Positions 37,953-50,567 are shown, counted from the stretch's first letter. The stretch: DNA of 64,000 bases from Zootoca vivipara (GCF_963506605.1 NC_083277.1:16678001-16742000), one strand, 5' to 3'. A program made the numbers and translations. The notes: generated by a model from the sequence alone, not told the origin.

Positions 37953-39406
37953 ATGTTGTGCCGAGTATTTTCATGCCTGTTTCTGCTGGGCCTCAGTTTC
38001 GCCTCTGAGGAAGATGTTCTGGTGATCACAAGCAGCGGTCCCATACGGGGCAAACGCCTCATGACAGATTCTGGTGCGGTGACAGCTTTCTTGGGAATCC
38101 CCTATGCTGAACCTCCTGTGGGGAAGCTACGATTTCAAAAACCATGTCCTCACCAGCCTTGGAACCACACCCTGAACGCCACCAGCTTTGGCAATACCTG
38201 CCACCAAGGGAGTATAGAACTTTCCGGCTATCGTGCGGAACAAAACTCAGAATCCACCTTCTCTGAAGACTGCCTCTTCCTCAATGTCTGGGTGCCTCAT
38301 CCCCGACCCTCTTCGCCAGCTCGTGCCTTCGTCTGGATCCATGGAGGGGGTTTTCTCAATGGGTCTGGCTCCATCGATAGGAGCTTCCTAGCTGCCACTG
38401 AGAATATCATCGTGGCTTCTATGAACTACCGCCTAGGTGCCTTGGGATTCCTCTCGCTACCCCCAGAGGCTCCGGGGAATGCTGGTTTGTGGGACCAACA
38501 CCTGGCGTTGAGTTGGCTGAGGGAAAACATGGCCGCCTTTGGAGGGCATCCAACTTGGCTCACCCTGGGCGGTCAAAGTGCTGGGGCTGCCTCGGTTGGT
38601 TTCCACCTTCTCTCGCCGGCAAGTCAGGCTCTATTTGACCAGGCCACTTTACAAAGCGGCGCTGCGATTTCCCCCTGGGCTTGGGTGAGGCCCGAGAAGG
38701 CTGCCATCAGAGGGCGAACCCTGGGCCGGATTTTAGGCTGCGCCGAGGATGACGACAGGGCTGTAGTCCGATGCCTGCAGAAGAAGGGCCCAGGGGAGAT
38801 GATGAAGAACTTGCCTATCCTCAGTCATAAAACTTTGGTGGGTTTCCCTTTTGTGCCCACGACCGATGGGGAGTTCCTTCCGGATGCCCCTCGGAAACTT
38901 CTGGAAGCTGGGCGATTCTTGGAGAAACCCTTCCTGACCGGCTTCACCCATGATGAAGGCACCCTCTTCCTCTCAGGAAATGCCCCTGGTTTCAGCCTAT
39001 ACAACGACAGCTTGATTAACCACGAGCAACTCTTGGAGGGCCTCCGTTTGATGGTCCCAGAGGCACCTGAAGTTATCATCAAAACCGCAGCAACCGTCTA
39101 CAGTCAGGAGGAGCACGGGGAAGAACGATATCGAAACGCCTTGATCAAAGCTTCTGGAGACTACCTTTTCTTGTGCCCTGTGGCTGTGGTGGCCACCCGT
39201 ATGGCAGAAGCCCAAAGCCTGGCATTTGCCTACTCCTTCACTCACCAGCCCTCCTTTGTAACCGTCTCCGACTGGGTTGGAGTGCCCCATTGCTCCGAGC
39301 TGCCCTTTCTGTTTGGTGACCCACTATCTACGTCGGGATACACAGAGGCAGAGGGGACCCTGAGCCAAAGGGTTATGAGCTACTGGGGACAGTTTGTAAG
39401 GACCGG
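37953..39406 (+). CDS. Cholinesterase-like carboxylesterase gene B, large coding exon 1
   Basis: Signal peptide, GIPYAEPP, SEDCLFLNVW, HGGGF, GQSAG, DEG, GVPHCSE. Acceptor at 37944 (ATG 8 nt into the exon); phase-2 donor GG|GTAAGT. Candidate 5'UTR exon donor at 35695. Confidence 0.95.
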
Positions 39407-40823
39407 GTAAGTGATTCCTCCAGTCTTTAGCACTGCCAACAGAAGAGCTGGTCCTTGGTCTCTCTGAATAGCAAGCTCCCCATTTGGGTATTCTTTCTCT
39501 TCCCCATTTTGAGAACAAGACTTCGTACGCTCTGAACATTCAAAGCACCCCCCCAAGGGATCCTGGGAACTGCAAATTACTCTTCATTTAAGCTACAATT
39601 ATCAGCACCCTGAACAAACTAGAGTTCCCAGGATTCTTTGGGGCTGGGGAGGAGATGTGTTCCAAATGTAGAGTGTGCATGCAGCCCAAATTTCTTGGCT
39701 TTGCTTATCATAATCAGCGATGGCCTGAACTGGCAGAACAGCAACAATCTTTGCTTTGCCCCCTCCACATTTTATACACCACTTTTCCAGGCAAAGCCTA
39801 CGCAAAGTGGCTTAAAAAAATAAAGAAGTGTGTGGGGGGAATCAACATTTCTTCTAAAAACAGAAAATAAGGAGGAAGGAAGGGTCATCGTTTTATTTAC
39901 TGTATTTATTTTTTGAAAAAGCTCTGGGCTTGCTATTGTGAGTTGTTGTATTGAGAGTATTGCAGGATCGTAAACGGGTTTGGTTATGTTCATGTTATCT
40001 TATCAAGGCCAGGAAAAGCAAACCAGCAAAAAGTTAAACAAGGCCTTGCTTTGAGCAACAGTGCACGTTGATTTAGGCATTTCCCCCGGTCCGTTTACTT
40101 TCATTCATTTGCATACTTACCGCTTACATCGTTATGTGGCTTAATGCTTTGGAAAGCTGCACTCTTGCAAAGCACTTTGAAACGTATTATCACGCACCAC
40201 CCCAGTCTCTGAGAATCCAGGGGTTCCCGTGCTTACCTAGGGTTCAGTTTCCTTGGACTGAAGGTCAGCGGCTGCTGTGGCATTTTTAGGATAAAGTTAA
40301 ACCTATACAACCCGAGCACAAGATGGAGGGGCTCGCAGCATTCACCCCTCAAAAGACCGTGCTTCTCCATTCTTTGCAGGCACACAGCAATTACGACTGT
40401 GTGGTGGACTCTAGATACATATAAAAAACGCTGTGAAAATACCATTTTTAAAAAGGCGTCTTGAAAAATGCATTTGCCTAAAGCTCACCATTGCCGTCTA
40501 GTGTCACATTTGTATAATGCGCTTAAAACGCACTTAAAACATTATATTTGCAGCTGTGTAGCTGTAGCTGAGTCCTGTGTCTCCAGCTTCCAGCCTGCTT
40601 CCAACTTCCTCAAACACAACTCCAGCTACCGTAATCCTACCCGGCAGCTGAGTGACAGGGGGTTGAGGAAAGACACACCCATTTGCACTTTGTCACAGAG
40701 CAACTTCCATGGTTGTGCTGATTGTGGCGCTTAACTAGTGGAGTTTTATGACATTTCCTCACTTGATTTTTTATCTCAGTCTTATTCCTTTTACTGATTG
40801 GTGACGTTTGCTTCCCCTCACAG

Positions 40824-40963
40824 GTCTCCTGGTGATGGAGAATGGCCTGTCTACACAGGAGAGAATTTCTTCCGCATTACCACAGAGCCAGCTCAGGGCG
40901 AGGAGGTGTCGCCCACCCGTTACTGTGGCTTCTGGGTGTGGCTAGCCACGGAAGGATTTAAGG
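40824..40963 (+). CDS. Gene B coding exon 2
   Basis: cttcccctcacAG acceptor; SPGDGEWPVYTGENFFRITTEP...RYCGFW; the 3' boundary uses a weak donor G|GTCGGG. Confidence 0.8.
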
Positions 40964-41259
40964 GTCGGGAAGAGTACAATTTCGGGCTGGCGGGTGGTGG
41001 GAGTTGGAAGATACCACAGCCCAGTCAGATAACCCTCCTGTTCAATGTAATTTGGGAGCATCTGTCTGTCTTGCCCCACCCATGCCAGCCAGTCACTTGA
41101 TGGGCACCAACACACTCCATGATACTGTGCATGAAGTGTTGGGTGCAAGTGCTGCTTTGGGGTGCTGTACCTCATCCATTTGCCACCCCTGTCTCATTTC
41201 CCGATCTAAAGAGCATTCTTCTGGAAAAGTTATACAGCAATCTGTTTAATGCCAAGGAT

Positions 41260-42270
41260 GCGTTTCCGAGCACAATTCAAAGTGTTGGCACTGACCTTTA
41301 AACCCCTAAATGGCCTCGGCTCAGTATACCTGAAGGAGCGTCTCCACCCCCATCGTCCAGCCCGGATACTGAGGTTCTCCTCCAAGGGTCTATTTGGGGG
41401 TTCCCCCACTGTGAGAAGTGAGTTTACAGGGAACCAGGCAGAGGGCCTTCTCGGTAGTGGTGCCCACCCTGTGAAATGCCATCCCAGCAGGTGTCAAGGA
41501 AATAAACAACTACAGTGGTACCTCAGGTTACAGACCATAGCTGCCAAGTCTCCCGTTTTTCATAGGGAACCCCCCCCCCTATTTTAAACTGTTTCCTGCT
41601 GGCAGCCCAGATTGGGAAAAATCCCGTAAATCTCCCAGATTTCCTACCTGCCAGGGAGGCTCCATTTTGGGTCCTGGCGCTGCCCTATTTCTGGTGCCCA
41701 GACATGGGTAGCGCGGCACTGGAAGTCGCTTCTACACATGTCCGATGCCACTCCGCCCATGCCTGGGCACCGAAAATCGGGTAGAGCGGCACCGGAAGTT
41801 GCTTCTACGCCTGTCCGGACATGCATAGAAGCGACTTCTGGTGCCGTGCTACTGCTGATCCCGCATTTTTCAGTGGGAGACTTGGCAGCTATGTTACAGA
41901 CGCTTCAGGTTACAGACTCCGCTAACCCAGAAATAGTACCTTGGGTTAAGAACTTTGCTTCAGGATGAGAACAGAAATCATGCTCTGGTGGCGGCAGCGG
42001 GAGGCCCCATTAGCTAAAGTGGTACCTCAGGTTAAGAACAGTTTCAGGTTAAGAACGGACCTCCAGAACGAATTAAGTTCTTAACCCGAGGTACCACTGT
42101 GCTGTATTTGACTTTTAGAAGACACCTGAAGGCATCGCTGTTCAGGGAAGTTTTTGGTGGTTGATGTTTTATTGTGTTTTTAATATTTTTCTGGGAGCCG
42201 CCCAGAGTGGCTGGGGGAACCCAGTCAGATGGGCGGCATATAAATATCATCATCATCATCATCATCATTT
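41260..42270 (+). mobile_element. L2 fragment containing a Tc1 MITE (41513-42099), which contains a hAT MITE (41536-41893)
   Basis: L2 is continuous either side of the insertion; Tc1 TIR CAGTGGTACCTC; inner TIR CATAGCTGCCAAG with TSD TTACAGAC. Confidence 0.85.
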
Positions 42271-42738
42271 CTGCCTGCCTGCATATGCAGATGGTGCTTT
42301 CTAAGGTCACCTCCTATTGGGGCAGACTTCCTGACATTGTAGGTCTATGTACACAGCCTAACACCAACCCTCTAGTCCTCCAAGCAGAGAGGTAAGAAAT
42401 GGGTTTTCACCAGACGCAAGAAGCCTGTTAGTGTTGTTATGCTTCCAAGGGGAGGGTGTGTGTGTCCATAACTAAGGTGCCACCACAGAAAAGGCTCTCA
42501 TTTTTATCCCTGCAGAATGAGCAACATTCACTGGTGCAGGCACAAGCGGAGCCAGCCCCCTCCTATCAATCTCAGATGGTTGGTATGAGGAGAGGAGGCC
42601 CACAATTTTCCATTAGTTTCAGAATGGTTCAATACCAGGAATAATTGACCCTGCAATGCAAATGAGAATACAATTTGCAACCCCAGCATTTTTCCTACTG
42701 CAGCTTCCTTTACCTAAACATGTCTTCCTGTTTTCCAG

Positions 42739-42779
42739 ACTCTGACCTGATGGCTGAAGAAAGAGACTCTGATTGGTAA
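42739..42779 (+). CDS. Gene B candidate terminal coding exon (DSDLMAEERDSDW*)
   Basis: Strong acceptor tcttcctgttttccAG, phase 1, short acidic tail like those of paralogs A and C. Confidence 0.5.
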
Positions 42780-43607
42780 AAGTATCTGGAAATGGATGGT
42801 GCAGATTTCACTTTAAAATGCAACTATCCTCCTTCTTCTACTATCCCGAATCTCAGCCAAGCCATGTGGATTCATGCCTGTCGATTATACTTTGTGTGTG
42901 ACTATCTTGAGGATCTCACTTTTCACAGAAAAACAAGAGAGAGAAAGAAGTGTTTTCAGACGCATTAAGTCATTAACAACAGCTTTAAAATATGATTTCA
43001 GCCCTTGCTCTTAAGATTCCACAGCCACAAGCAAATAAAAGGAGCCAGCAGCAACTTTTGAGAACTTTTGGAGTCTGGTGATTATTTTCTTTTTATTATC
43101 CCTCCACCCACAATTTTTCCAGTTAAAAAGAAAAAAAAAAGTAAATTGTGAAGCGAAGTTACAATTCCTGCACATACTCTTCCTGTTTCTCGGTTCCTCT
43201 TTCAGACAGAGACTCCAAAACAAACAAACAATCCTCCATTTACAGGTAACATCTTCACTCCAATTCATGCAGGGGATTTCTCCTGCCCATCACTCACTCT
43301 CTGCAAATACTTCTACCTCTTGCTTCCCTGTTCCTCAGCTTGGATTTCCTCCTGATCTCCGCTGGGGGACTTTCCCTCTTGCTTCACATGACGCCTTTTG
43401 ACCATTCAGCCAATCAGGGCTGTATCAGAATTCTTCTTGCACCCAGGCACTCCCTGGTCCCCCCTGAGCAATTCCTGCCAAGCCTCCCTCAGCTGCTTCA
43501 CTCTCTTGAATCAGATAGAACCCTATTTCCTCCCATCAGTTCTCGCCGTGTGCCATGGAGTTACAAGAAGTGAGGCTTCCTGAAGTTCCATCATTGTCTT
43601 TCCCAGA

Positions 43608-43730
43608 TTCATAGAATCATGGAATTGCACAGAGTTGGAAGGGAGCCTGAGGATCATCTTAGTCCCATGCAGGGATCGAACCTGTGACCTTGGCGTTATC
43701 AGCACCACGCTCTAACCAACTGAGCTATCC
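43608..43730 (-). mobile_element. Squam3-type SINE (tRNA-Ile-like head, CR1 tail)
   Basis: Minus strand GGATAGCTCAGTTGGTTAGAGCGTGGTGCTGATAACGCCAAGGTCACAGGTTCGATCCC followed by a CR1 tail. Confidence 0.8.
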
Positions 43731-43835
43731 AATGGAGAGTAGGGCAGTACCATTTATTTACCCAGGTTCTCATTGCTTCTTTTTTTAAAAAAAGTGAGAG
43801 TGTGAGTACAAATAAACTTTTGACATAACTTGGTG

Positions 43836-44145
43836 GAAGAAGAAGAAGAAGAAGAAGAAGAAGAAGAAGAAGAAGAAGAAGAAGAAGAAGAAGAAGAAGA
43901 GGAGGAGGAGGAGTTTGGATTTGATATCCCGCTTTATCACTACCCGAAGGAGTCTCAAAGCGGCTAACAATCTCCTTTCCCCTCCTCCCCCACAAAAAAC
44001 ACCCTGTGAGGTGGGTGGGGCTGAGAGACTTCAAAGAAGTGTGACTAGCCCAAGGTCACCCAGCAGCTGCATGTGGAGGAGCGGAGACGCGAACCCGGTC
44101 CCCCAGATTACGAGTCTACCGCTCTTAACCACTACACCACACTGG
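43836..44145 (-). mobile_element. SINE/LINE-like element with an expanded (CTT)n tail
   Basis: tRNA-like head at ~44080-44145 on minus (GTGTAGTGGTTAAGAGCGG); (AAG)n 43836-43900. Confidence 0.65.
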
Positions 44146-44661
44146 CTCTCACTGGTGGAAGGCCAGCAAGCCCAGGGGCCAGCAGCCAATGACACTTAAC
44201 ACACTGCCAAAAGCCAATAGGAAAGGTGGAATAAAAATATATTAAATAAAGAACCAAAATATGTTCAGGAACCCTTCTCTTCTGAGCGCTGTGAGGTTGC
44301 AGATCTCCCTTCAAACTCCACATCAAAGTAAGTCTCTGTTTCCCACTGTCTTTGATCCCGGTACTGGACTTCCACCTTGTCAGTACAAGGCTGTGGATAC
44401 AGGAGAATCAAGACTGTTTTGGGCTGCTGTGAACCCCTCCATTGTAGGCTTAGGTTGTGTCCCTTCCACCTCTCCAGTTCTATGATTCTAAGATTCTAAC
44501 GATACACATAAATAAACCATACGTCATAAAGACACCACAGTCTCTGCTTGACCTCACTTCCAAAAGGAAACACAAACTCTGGGTCGGCGCCTGAAACCCT
44601 GCTTCAAGACTCGGGTGGCATGCAACAATATTTAAAATAAGATACACTCCTATGTATCTGA

Positions 44662-45014
44662 GGGACCCAGGTGGCGCTGTGGTTAAATCACTGAGCCTAG
44701 GGCTTGCTGATCAGAAGGTCGGCGGTTCGAATCCCTGTGACGGGGTGAGCTCCCGTTGCTTGGTCCCAGCTCCTGCCAACCTAGCAGTTCGAAAGCATGT
44801 CAAAATGCAAGTAGATAAATAGGAACCGCTACAGCGGGAAGGTAAACGGTGTTTCCATGTGCTGCTCTGGTTTGCCAGAAGCAGCTTTGTCATGCTGGCC
44901 ACATGACCGGAAGCTATACGCCGGCTCCCTCGGCCAATAATGCGAGATGAGCGCACAACCCCAGAGTCGGTCACGACTGGACCTAATGGTCAGGGGTCCC
45001 TTTACCTTTACCTT
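44662..45014 (+). mobile_element. Sauria/Squam1 SINE
   Basis: A/B boxes and (ACCTTT)n tail; flanking repeat TACACTCCTATG. Confidence 0.9.
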
Positions 45015-46665
45015 ACACTCCTATGAACATACGAGCCTTCCAGATCAAGCCCTAGGCCCATCTAGTCCAGCATCCTGTTCTCACTGTGGCCAACCAGATG
45101 CCCCGAAGTAGGACTTGAGCACAAGAATGCTCTCCCCACCTGGTATTCAGAGTCCCACTGCCCCCATTGGTGGGGACACACACAGCATAGTCATCATTCC
45201 CCTGATAGCCTTGGACAGGGACTCCTTTTTTTCTCCCAAAGCCACAAGGTTGCATATCAGCGATGCTAATAATAATAATAATAATATAATAATTTGTTAT
45301 TTATAGCCCGCCCATCTGGCTGGGTTTCCCCAGCCACTCTGGGCGGCTTCCAACAGAATATTAAAATACAATAGTCTATTAATCATTAAAAGGATTGGGA
45401 ATCCATCACACTGTAGCAAAGCAAAGCCTCCTAGTCATGGACTTCCACCTTGCCAATCTTCCAGCATCCTCCCACTCTTTGGACAGAGCCTGAGAGATCA
45501 ATGCTGTTTTCAGTTAGCATAGTTACTCTCTGTTGTTTGTGAGCATTGCAGGGATCACACTGGTCACATCTGCATTTTGTTTCCCCCTTTGGCCGGAGCT
45601 GGGATCAGGAGTGGAAAACAACTCATTAAGGAGATGGGAGGTGAGACCTTACAATTAGGAAAATCCATTTGCTTTTGAAGAATTGATTTGGATCTAGGCT
45701 TGCATACCTCTAATTCTGAAACAATGTCAATGGTTGACTGTTCAAGTCGGTTGCAGGAATCTATGCAATTCCTGTGTTTAAGGAAACCCTGGCTGATCTT
45801 TTCCTTGGACTGCTGTTTCTCTGAACTACAACAGCTACACATAGCTTTAACCCAAGCCTTTGGGTGTGGGTGTGAGAAAGCGGGGAAAGCGGGATGTGAT
45901 GCCCATTCTGTCATTTAGGACCCAGAAGCCCTCCCCTCTTTGCAGGTTTTCCAAAGGTCTAGTGACTTGCCCTTGAATTATTTTGCTTCAGGTAGGTGGT
46001 TTAATGTTGCACTCCAAATCACACTTACTAGGCACTAAGTGTCATCAATCCCAGAAGATCTTACTTCTGAACAGGGATGGTGAGTCTGTCCATATCAGTT
46101 TCTCTCTGGTTCTCATTTTTCCAACCATAAATTCGGTTCTCCACATTTTGCATCCATTTGCATTTATAAAGACATTGCCACAGAAATTAAGTAGTAGTAT
46201 AGTAGGAATTTCTCATATATATTTTTATAAGCAGTTCTGACTGATTAATTTTTTTTTGGGGGGGGAACAATTTGCCTAATATATTTTATGCTATTTTATG
46301 CTCTTTTCACTAAGATCCTCACTTCTTTCCACTTTCCACTAATACATCCATTTACGTAAGCATGGCTGGGTTAGATAACTGTACCACAAAATTCAGACAA
46401 GTGCAGATTTCAAAGAAGAGCTGTGTTTCAACTTTAAATGCATACTGGATAGATAGAATTTCTCCTCCATTCCCAAGAAAAAGGTCCCAACAACATCCCA
46501 TATGGCAAACATGGTAGTTCTAACCATGTCTAGTCAGGAGTAAGTCCTATTGAATTAATGTGGCTTACGCCTAGGCACAGCTTTCATCTATGTACGTTTA
46601 CTCAAAAGTAAGATAAAAAAAATTCCTTCAGTAGCACCTTAAAGACCAACTAAGTTTTTATTTTG

Positions 46666-46703
46666 GTATGAGCTTTCGTGTGCATGCACACTTCTTCAGA
46701 TAC
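46666..46703 (-). ncRNA. Minimal type I hammerhead ribozyme motif
   Basis: Reverse complement of 46977-47014. Confidence 0.7.
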
Positions 46704-46976
46704 ACTTGAAACAGAAGAGTCAGACCCTTATGACTGCAATTGGTCCTGCGGGGAAGAAGCAAGGGCTAAGGCGCTAAGGGCTGAGGCGCTAAGGGCTGAT
46801 GCATGATCAAGCTTTCTTTAGCGCCTCAGCCCTTGCTTTTTCCCTGCAGGACCAATTGCAGTCATCAGCAGTCGTTAACAGCCATCTACAGGTTTACCAC
46901 TCCCATCAGCCCATCACCCATTCCCACCCCCCCACCCTCTGTATATACATAAGGGTCTGACTCTTCTGTTTCAAGT

Positions 46977-47014
46977 GTATCTGAAGAAGTGTGCATGCAC
47001 ACGAAAGCTCATAC
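46977..47014 (+). ncRNA. Minimal type I hammerhead ribozyme motif
   Basis: GUAU-CUGAAGA-A-GUGUGCAUGCACAC-GAAA-GC-UC-AUAC: stem I GUAU/AUAC, palindromic stem II, minimal palindromic stem III. Confidence 0.72.
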
Positions 47015-47998
47015 CAAAATAAAACCTTAGTTGGTCTTTAAGGTGCTACTGAAGGAATTTTTTTATTTTGCTTCGACTCAGACCAACACGGCTACCTACC
47101 TGTTACTCAAAAGTAAGTTCAGCTGAGTTTCCAGGGGCATTTTGCCATCAGACAGCCTAGCATGTCCCTGTGACATAAATCCTGGACGAACAATGTGAAT
47201 GAAGGCTCTCTATTACCTACCCACCACCACCTCTGTTTCTGGAAAGAGCCTTGTTCTGGGAAAAAGAACTGTTGCTTTAAGAAACATTGGGAACCCTAGA
47301 GCAAAACAGCAATTGCACATCAAGGGAGCACACAGAGTCAGAACTCAAACTTGTGGATAGATGTACAAGGCAATCCCCATGCATGCTTACTCAAGGGTAA
47401 GTTTTACTGTGTTCGATGGAGATTGTATCAATATAAACAAGTTATATTAAGAGTTATGGACATTTCCAAAAGGGGAGTTAAAACCTTTGTAATATTCATT
47501 AGTCTCTTGATCTGCAGTGAAAGAATTAAATTAATCACTGCCACCTGATGCACCTCCAAGCATGTTTGCATTTCTGCTGCAATTTAGGGGGGAAATAGGA
47601 ACATAGACATACATAAAGAATGTAGAAATGAGTGATTAAATTTTATTCCTAGACAGAAAAATGGGCTATCGAGCAGGAAATGGCTAGAATAACTGGTCTC
47701 CCAAACCTCCTGAATAGCTGAGCCTTGGAACATATAAACCTGGAGAAAATGTGTTAAATTTATTTGATTTCCCACCTTTCTAACAATGTAAATGGAGCCC
47801 GGTGCAGAGTCAGCCCAGGTTGCTGAGTGAGGGACCTCATGGCTTGTTTGCAGAAGGCATTCAAGGTCCATGATCTGTGTTGCCCTTGTGGGGCTTTAGG
47901 GAAGAACCGCAGAGCAGGGCAGAGCGGCGGATCATTGAGAGAGAAAGGACCTGCCTCTTACCGAATGTAACTTTTAAAATCCCCTTCTAGCTGCTGCA

Positions 47999-49497
47999 AT
48001 GCCTGGTCTCCTCTCTTCACTCCGCTACGTTCTCATTCTCCTCCTCCTCTTTTCACCTGCCTCTGGCTCTGCCCCTGGCGATGACACCGTGGTGGTCACC
48101 AAAAGTGGCCCCATCAAGGGCAAGCATGTTCCAGCTGGCTCTGGCTCTGTGACGGCCTACTTGGGTATCCCCTATGCTGAGCCCCCTGTGGGGAAATTGC
48201 GTTTCCAGAAGCCCCTTGCACATCAGCCGTGGAGCCAAGTCTTGGAAGCCACCAGCTATGGCAACTCTTGCCCCCACTTTGTTATTTCTGGCATCCCTGA
48301 TGCAGCCATGTGGGCAGCCAATACACCACAGTCAGAAGACTGCCTCTTTCTCAACACCTGGGTTCCCCACCCGCGTCCCTCTACACCAACCCCTGTCCTT
48401 GTTTTCATTCACGGAGGGGGATTTTTCACTGGGACATCTTCCCTGGACTTGTACAAAGGGGCATCCTTAGCTTCTACTGAGAGAGTGATAGTTGTCAGCA
48501 TGAATTATCGCCTGGGGATGCTAGGCTTCCTGACCATGCCACCAGCAGCTCCAGGAAACTTGGGCTTGCTAGACCAACAGCTGGCTCTGAGATGGGTCAA
48601 TGAGAATGCCGCCGCCTTTGGAGGAGATCCGACTCGGGTGACCATATTTGGCCACAGTGCCGGAGCAGCGTCAGTGGGTTTCCACCTCCTTTCACCAGGC
48701 AGCCAGACCCTTTTTGCCCAAGCTGTGATTCAGAGTGGATCTCCCAATGCCATCTGGGCTTGGATGAGTCCTGAGGAAGCCAAGCAAAAATCCCTTGCTA
48801 TCACCCAGCTGCTGGGCTGTGCTGATGGCGACGATAGCGCTGTGATGAGCTGCCTACAGGCGAAAGATGCCACAGAATTCTCTCCACAGGAAATACTCTT
48901 CCTTGAGAAAAGCAAATATCTTATCGATCTCCCTGTGATACCAACAACAGATGGAGATTTCCTGCCTGACGACCCTCAGAAGCTTCTGGAGTCTGGGAAC
49001 ATCAAGATCAAGCCAATCCTCATTGGTTTTACCTCCGACGAAGGGTCCACCTTTCTGCCGTTTAGTTTTCCTGGCATCGAGCGCCACCACTTCACCCAGG
49101 AGCTACTACTGAAAGGGATACGGATGGCAATACGAAATGCGAAGGAAGAAGTTGTCCAGGCTGTGGCGCAGGAGTACAGCAGCAAGGAAGGCCAGGATCC
49201 AGCTCGGTACCACAGCGCCTTGTCACAGTCCTTTGGCGATTACTTCTTTGCGTGCCCAATGGATGAATTCGCTAAGAAGCTGGAAGAAGCTGGAAGCCCT
49301 GTGTACACTTACTACTTCAAGCACCACACCTCAGGCTCTGTTTGGCCTGAGTGGATTGGCGCACCCCACGGCGCTGAGCTGCCTTACTTGTTTGGAACCC
49401 TCGAGACAGCTTTGGCCATCAATCAAACTTACACAGAAGCTGAGGCTGATCTGAGCCGCAGGGTGATGCGATACTGGGCAGAGTTTTCCAGAAGTGG
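47999..49497 (+). CDS. Cholinesterase-like carboxylesterase gene C, large coding exon 1
   Basis: Signal peptide, GIPYAEPP, SEDCLFLN, HGGGF, GHSAG, DEG, GAPHGAE. Exon starts 47991 (AG|CTGCTGCAATG, identical to gene A); phase-2 donor GG|GTAAGG. Candidate 5'UTR donor at 46079. Confidence 0.95.
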
Positions 49498-49699
49498 GTA
49501 AGGCATTACCTTTTCCTCTCTTGTGCTTCACCTTTATACAGAAGGCAAGCCCTTTCAACCCTTAAAGCTACCTTCCCCAACCTGATACCCTCCAATATGT
49601 TTTTGACTGCCATTCCTATTATGCCTATTGAACATGGAGCTGGTGGGAATTGTAACTGAGAACATTTGGAGATCACCAGGTTTGGGAAGTGTACAATGA

Positions 49700-50380
49700 G
49701 ATCATAGAATCATAGAATTGTAGGGTTGGAAGCAACCCCCTGCAATGCAGGAATCTCAGCTAAAGTATCCATGACAGATGGCCATCCAACCTCCAAGGAA
49801 AGAGAGACCAGAACCTCCCGAGCAGAGATGTTGTGTGTGGTTGTGTAGCTTGCTATCATCTCTCCTCTCAGTCTCCTCTTTTCTAGGCTAAACATACCCA
49901 GCTCCTTCAACCGGTCCTCATAAGATTTGGCTTCCTAACCCTTGATCATCTTGGTTGCCCTCCTCTGCACACACCCCAGCTTCTTAAATTGTGGCACCCA
50001 GAATTGGACACAGTATCCCAGGTGTGGTCTGACTAAGATACTATTGGCACTATTTCTTCCCTTGAGCGGGACGCTATACTTCTGTTTTTGTAGCCTAGAA
50101 TAGCATTAGCCTTTTTTTGTGGGCTGCTGTTGACTCATGTTAAGCTTGCGGTCCACTAAGACCTCTAGATCCTTTTCGCATGCACTGCTACCGGTAGTAA
50201 GCCAGGTGTCCTGCATCTTATATTTGCACATCTGGTTCTTCCTGCCTAAGTGCAGAACCTTACATTTGTCCCTGTTGAACTTGGGCCCAGTTCTCCAACC
50301 TGTCAAGGTCATTCTGAATTCTGATCATGTCTTCTGTGGCATTAGCTAACCCTCCCAGTTTGGTGTCATCTGCAAATCCG
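49700..50380 (-). mobile_element. Decayed CR1 LINE
   Basis: KELGMFSLEKRRLRG, FNRDKCKVLHLG, EKDLEVLVDRKLNMSQQ. Confidence 0.85.
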
Positions 50381-50567
50381 ACTGTTCCTGTGAATATCTG
50401 GCCTTCAGAATTCTCCAGCTCTCACTGGCTCTGTTTCGCTCCTCAAGTGGTTTTTTTGCCTGACTGGGATATATCCCCAAACTCTGATAATGCCTTTTGC
50501 CTGGATGGAAGATGGAGAGCAGTATATTAGTGTTTAGAGCTATATATTTGTTTTACATCCTCTGCAG

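Larger units (their letters stand above)
46613..47102. mobile_element. Penelope-like non-autonomous element with inverted terminal (pLTR) repeats
   Basis: Approximately 120-bp inverted arms, an internal hairpin at 46732-46863, 15-bp TSD TTACTCAAAAGTAAG. Confidence 0.82.

Noticed and set aside
43664-43730. tRNA-Ile(GAT) gene, and tRNA-Lys at 37030-37097
   Set aside because: Acceptor stems are broken and the heads are fused to a CR1 tail, so these are SINE heads.
20415-49497. Calling the esterases ACHE/BCHE orthologs, or single-exon retrogenes ending at FxRxG*
   Set aside because: The apparent TAA stop is part of the GTAAG donor and downstream exons exist; gorge residues and tails are too divergent for a gene symbol.
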